Source of the DNA: Nitrososphaeria archaeon | GTDB lineage: Archaea > Thermoproteota > Nitrososphaeria > JACIWG01 | NCBI GenBank assembly: GCA_963752255.1 | Contig: CAVVXT010000018.1 | Location: 1-12,077 of the forward strand | Direction of reading: 5' to 3' | DNA length: 12,077 nucleotides | In this document: positions 8,546 to 12,077 of the stretch, piece by piece | Layout: every line of letters starts with the position of its first letter | Position numbering within the stretch: the first letter of the stretch is position 1 | Position numbers and translations under genes: made by a program | The notes under the pieces: generated by a model | Databases searched by the model: none | What the model saw: only the letters and a program-made list of their open reading frames with translations | What the model was told of the DNA's origin: nothing

Positions 8546-8821
8546 ATGTCAAAGAAAGTTTCTGAACTAGAAGAAGGATTTGTAATGAAGACACCAAAGA
8601 GTAGCATGAACACAAAAACAGGTACTTGGAGAGCTTTTAAGGCCGTCATCGACTACAACAAGTGCATATCTTGCGGTATCTGCTGGAGTTACTGTCCAGA
8701 ACCAGCAATCCCGCTCAAGGAAGGAAAATATACTGTAGATTATGATTATTGTAAAGGATGCGGTATCTGTGCTCAGGAATGTCCTGTCAAAGCTATTACC
8801 ATGGTAAGGGAAAGTGATTAA
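8546..8821 (+). CDS. porD: Pyruvate/2-oxoacid:ferredoxin oxidoreductase delta subunit (2x[4Fe-4S])
   Basis: [18 protein letters not shown] and [16 protein letters not shown]. It abuts the porG stop, with SD GAGGTG at 8531-8536. Confidence 0.96.
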   Translation: MSKKVSELEEGFVMKTPKSSMNTKTGTWRAFKAVIDYNKCISCGICWSYCPEPAIPLKEGKYTVDYDYCKGCGICAQECPVKAITMVRESD

Positions 8822-8822
8822 G

Positions 8823-9994
8823 ATGAAGAGATTACTTCTCTCAGGAAATACCGCGCTGTCTTATGCTGTCAAACAACTTGATGTAGACGTCGTATCCGCA
8901 TATCCCATAACACCTCAGACAACGATGGTGGAAAAAATATCTGAATATGTAGCCAACGGGGAACTGAATGAATAATTCATTCCCGTAGGACCGGAGCATT
9001 CTGCACTCACTGCGGCACTCGCAGCTCCAGCTTCGGGAGCGAGGGTATTCACCTCGACAAGTTCCCAAGGTTTGCTCCTAATGCATGAAATAATGTTCAT
9101 AACTTCGGGTCTTAGGCTTCCTGTTGTAATGGGAATTGCGGATAAGACCATTTCCGTCCATTGAAGATATGGAATGATCAAAGTGACATAATGGCGCAGA
9201 GGGACACAGGCCGGATAAGCATATTCGCTGAATCAGCCCAAGAATCTTATGACAAAACCATACAGTCATACAGGATAGCTGAGGATGAGGATGTTCGCCT
9301 TCCTGTCAACCTTAACTTTGACGGATTCATACTTACACATACATATGAACCACTGACAACAATAGATGATGAGGAAGTGCTAAAGTATGCACCTAAAAGG
9401 ATAAAATCTGTTCTCGACCCCAAAACACCTGCGACAGTTGGGGGACTAGGATCACCTGAATTTTACTTTGAAGCCAAATATGGGACTGTGAAAGCCTTAG
9501 AGAACTCTTTCCCTACCATAGTTACGGCTGATAAAGAATACGAAAAAGTGAGTGGTAGAGGATATGGAATATTCAACAACTTTATGACAGAAGATGCGGA
9601 CACAATATTGATTTCTATGGGGTCTATAGGGGGTTCAATTAGAGAAATTGTTAGAAGAATGAGAAAGGAAGGTGCGAAAGTAGGATCGTTAAGTCTTAAA
9701 CTCTTTAGACCTTTTCCCGCTAAAGAAATAATACAAGAATTAGCTAATGCAAAATCGATAATCGTTTTAGATAAGGCAACAAGCCCCGGAGCAATCGCAG
9801 GACCCCTATTCCTCGAAATTCAAGCATCGCTGAAATCGTATGATACAAATATTCCTGCAATGGATATAGTAGCAGGACTGGGCGGAAGGGAAATAGGCCC
9901 AGAGGATATTCGTACAATGTTCGACAAAGGCCTCAAAATTGCTTCAACAAAGAAGGCTGATAAGATCATGGAATATGTGGGGGTGTGCATCTAA
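8823..9994 (+). CDS. porA: Pyruvate/2-oxoacid:ferredoxin oxidoreductase alpha subunit; interrupted as sequenced by an in-frame TAA (8973-8975) and a frameshift near 9156
   Basis: From ATG 8823: [88 protein letters not shown]...[26 protein letters not shown]. It continues into ORF 9161..9994 ([20 protein letters not shown]). Confidence 0.92.
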
Positions 9995-10914
9995 ATGCCA
10001 TACAAGACTATTAAAGATCTACCGCTTGAAGAGCACTCGGAACTGGACACAGACTCTGTCAAGGATGTGGAGCAGGAATAATAGTGCGACTTGTAACAAA
10101 GGTATCCGGAGACAATACAATAATAGTTAACGCAACAGGATGCCTTGAAGTATCCAGCTCATATTATCCAGACACTGCCTGGGGTGTACCTTGGCTTCAC
10201 GTTGCTTTTGAAAATGCTGCTGCCGCAGCCTCAGGTATTAGAGCAGCATATAACGCGTTAATTAGAAAGGGACTGAAAGATAGTAGCCCAAATATCATAG
10301 CCTTCGGCGGAGACGGTGGGACAGCGGACATAGGTTTACAAGCGCTTAGCGGAGCGTTGGAAAGAGGAGACCATCTTACTTACATATGCTACGATAATGA
10401 AGCCTACATGAATACTGGGATACAAAGGAGCAGCGCTACACCATACGGTGCTTGGACAACGACTTCACCACCTGGAAAGTTAAGCCCAGGTCAGAAGACC
10501 GGCAAGAAAGACCTTATTGCCATCGCTGTAGCACATAACATAAAGTATGCCGCAACCGCGAACGTAGCCTATCTAATTGATGCCGCGAATAAAGTAGAAA
10601 AGGCGCTTAACGCGCCTGGAGCAAGCTTCATACACTTCCTGAGCCCTTGCACGCCAGGGTGGAGAATAGATACTGCAAGCTCAGTGAAAGTCAGTAGGCT
10701 CGCAGTTCAGACATCTCTTTGGCCACTATACGAAGTTGTTGATGGGCAATATATTCCGACTGTAAAGGTTGCGAAAAGATTGCCAGTTACAGAATATCTG
10801 AAAGCGCAGGGGAGGTTCAGACACTTAATAAACAAACCTGATGAAGTAGCAAAGATTCAAGCAATAGCGGATAAGTTGGCAGAAAGATTTGGTTACGGAC
10901 CCTTAGCACCCTAA
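9995..10914 (+). CDS. porB: Pyruvate/2-oxoacid:ferredoxin oxidoreductase beta subunit (TPP-binding); frameshift near 10036
   Basis: ATG 9995 directly follows the porA stop and reads MPYKTIKDLPLEEH/GTGHRLCQGCGAGIIVRL, joining ORF 10084..10914. Motifs: NATGCLEV, FENAAA, GGDGGTADIG...YDNEAYMNTGIQRS and SPCTPGW. Confidence 0.94.
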
Positions 10915-10925
10915 AGGGATCCACC

Positions 10926-10936
10926 TTTCTTTTTTT
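10926..10936 (+). terminator. Putative archaeal oligo-T terminator of the por operon
   Basis: TTTCTTTTTTT begins 12 nt after the porB stop. Confidence 0.6.
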
Positions 10937-10977
10937 GTATAAGATCTATTTTGTTAAATAAGAGTTCTATTTTACAT

Positions 10978-10999
10978 AAACTTTTATAACAGTGTTATA
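10978..10999 (+). promoter_or_regulatory. Putative TATA box (AAACTTTTATA) overlapped by the palindrome TATAACA-G-TGTTATA
   Basis: TATA-like tract about 30 nt before ATG 11019. 10985-10991 and 10993-10999 are exact reverse complements. Confidence 0.55.
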
Positions 11000-11018
11000 T
11001 TATTTAATTGGATGATGC

Positions 11019-11207
11019 ATGGTAGATAACCCAGTTGTCGTAAATAAGGTTGACACCACAGAGCTAAACTTTTCGGAATCTGTTCGCATACTTAAGGAGT
11101 CTCAAAATGCAGGGTATAAAAGTGAATACTTAGAAGGACGTGTATTTGTATATGCAATAACTTTAAATGATTTGATGTTAAACTCCAAATCGGCTTTGGT
11201 GATTTAG
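11019..11207 (+). pseudogene. Small ORF resembling a degenerate TusA/SirA N-terminus joined to a DsrE-like C-terminus
   Basis: VDTTELNFSESV converts to the TusA motif VDTTGLNCPEPV by four single-nucleotide changes. The C-terminal EGRVFVYAITLNDLMLNSKSALVI resembles DsrE/F family ends. The ORF lies 10 nt upstream of an iscS-like gene. Confidence 0.5.
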
Positions 11208-11217
11208 GCGATCGCAT

Positions 11218-12077
11218 ATGGAAAAGATATTTCTAGATTATGCATCGGGATGTCCAGTAGATAAGAGGATCATTCCGTCCACTGTGAAATATTATGCAGA
11301 GGATTATGGAAATCCTTCTTCATTACATTCGTTTGGATTAGAAGCAAAAAATGCTGTTGAAGAGGCAAGACAGAGTGTCGCGAATCTAATTAATGCCCAA
11401 AAGAAAGAGGAAATCATTTTTACAAGCGGTGCTACAGAGTCAAACAATCTAGCCTTATTAGGATACTCTCTAAGAAACAGGGGGAGCAGAAATAAAATCA
11501 TAGTTTCTAAAATTGAACATATGAGCATAATAAATGTCGTCAAATACCTTTCAAAGTTGGATATGGAAGTAGTTTATGCACCTGTGGACAAAGATGGTAG
11601 GTTGATCATTGAAAAACTCGATGAACTCATTGACAATAACACACTTCTCGTATCAGTGGCTTACGCCAACGGTGAAATAGGAACAATTCAAGACATTGTT
11701 GGGATTGCAAGAATCGCCCACAGCAAAGGAGCCATACTTCATTCAGATGGCGTTCCCGCAGTTGGTAGAATGGATGTAGATGTAATAAGAGATGATGTTG
11801 ACATGCTTACCATTTCCTCGAATGATATATATGGACCAAGAGGAATGGGGGGATTATATGTAAAATCTGGAACTAAACTTCAACCAATTATCCTAGGAGG
11901 TGGACAGGAGAGAGGGTTTAGATCTGGTACAGAGAACTTACCATCAATAGTTGGGTTTGAAAAAGCCGTGACTTTGCCCTAAAAGAATGGGAAATGGAAA
12001 GCTTGCGTGAAAAGGTTATCCGAGACAGTTTGATAAATGGAATTCTTTCAAACATCGAACAATCCTATCTTAATGGA
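11218..12077 (+). CDS. iscS: IscS/NifS-family (class V PLP fold) cysteine desulfurase-like protein; Asp at the Schiff-base Lys position; frameshift near 11969; truncated by the window edge
   Basis: Motifs IFLDYAS, YGNPSSLHSFG, IIFTSGATESNN, IEHMSI, ANGEIGTIQ, SSNDIYGPRGMG and GGGQERGFRSGTEN. After ~11969 the alternative frame reads DFALKEWEMESLREKVIRDSLINGILSNIEQSYLNG, open to the end of the window. Confidence 0.93.

Noticed and set aside
8973-8975. In-frame TAA in porA as evidence of stop-codon reassignment or Sec/Pyl recoding
   Set aside because: TAA terminates porD, porA, porB and the A24 gene normally. It is not UGA or UAG, and it lies in a cluster of other lesions.
7498-10130. Short ORFs overlapping the A24 gene and por operon (7498, 8041, 8338, 8397, 8841, 8915, 9078, 9939)
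   Set aside because: They are antisense or off-frame to recognised genes. The apparent gap at 8822-9160 is filled by the interrupted 5' part of porA.
11304-11543. 79-aa minus-strand ORF
   Set aside because: Antisense shadow of iscS.
1-12077. CRISPR array, IS element, rRNA or tRNA
   Set aside because: By eye there are no regularly spaced 25-40 nt repeats, transposase or integrase motifs, or GC-rich structured RNA segments. A covariance-model search was not possible.

Overview
AT-rich archaeal housekeeping region, probably from a TACK-group lineage (inferred from BRE/TATA-like promoters, GGTGA/GAGGTG ribosome-binding sites, a four-subunit POR operon and archaeal-type proteins). Gene order: dedA; an orphan, triply frameshifted C-terminal fragment of a Rad50/SMC-type ATPase (- strand, absent from the ORF track); a DUF4910/M28 peptidase-like protein with a frameshifted winged-helix-like tail; an HTH-phosphoribosyltransferase; nnrD; a degenerate 4Fe-4S protein remnant; an ATP-dependent DNA ligase; an A24 prepilin/prearchaellin peptidase; porG-porD-porA-porB; a small ORF that looks like a collapsed TusA + DsrE sulfur-carrier remnant; and an IscS/NifS-family gene running off the right edge. 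That IscS has Asp where the PLP-binding Lys should be (SSNDIYGPRG). Five otherwise intact genes each carry a single-base frameshift, and porA also has an in-frame stop, so sequencing or assembly error is likely and single-residue claims need checking against reads. I saw no RNA genes, CRISPR arrays or mobile elements. I found no clearly new multi-gene system. The best leads are the Lys-less IscS locus with its decayed sulfur carriers and palindromic operator, and the gene remnants.
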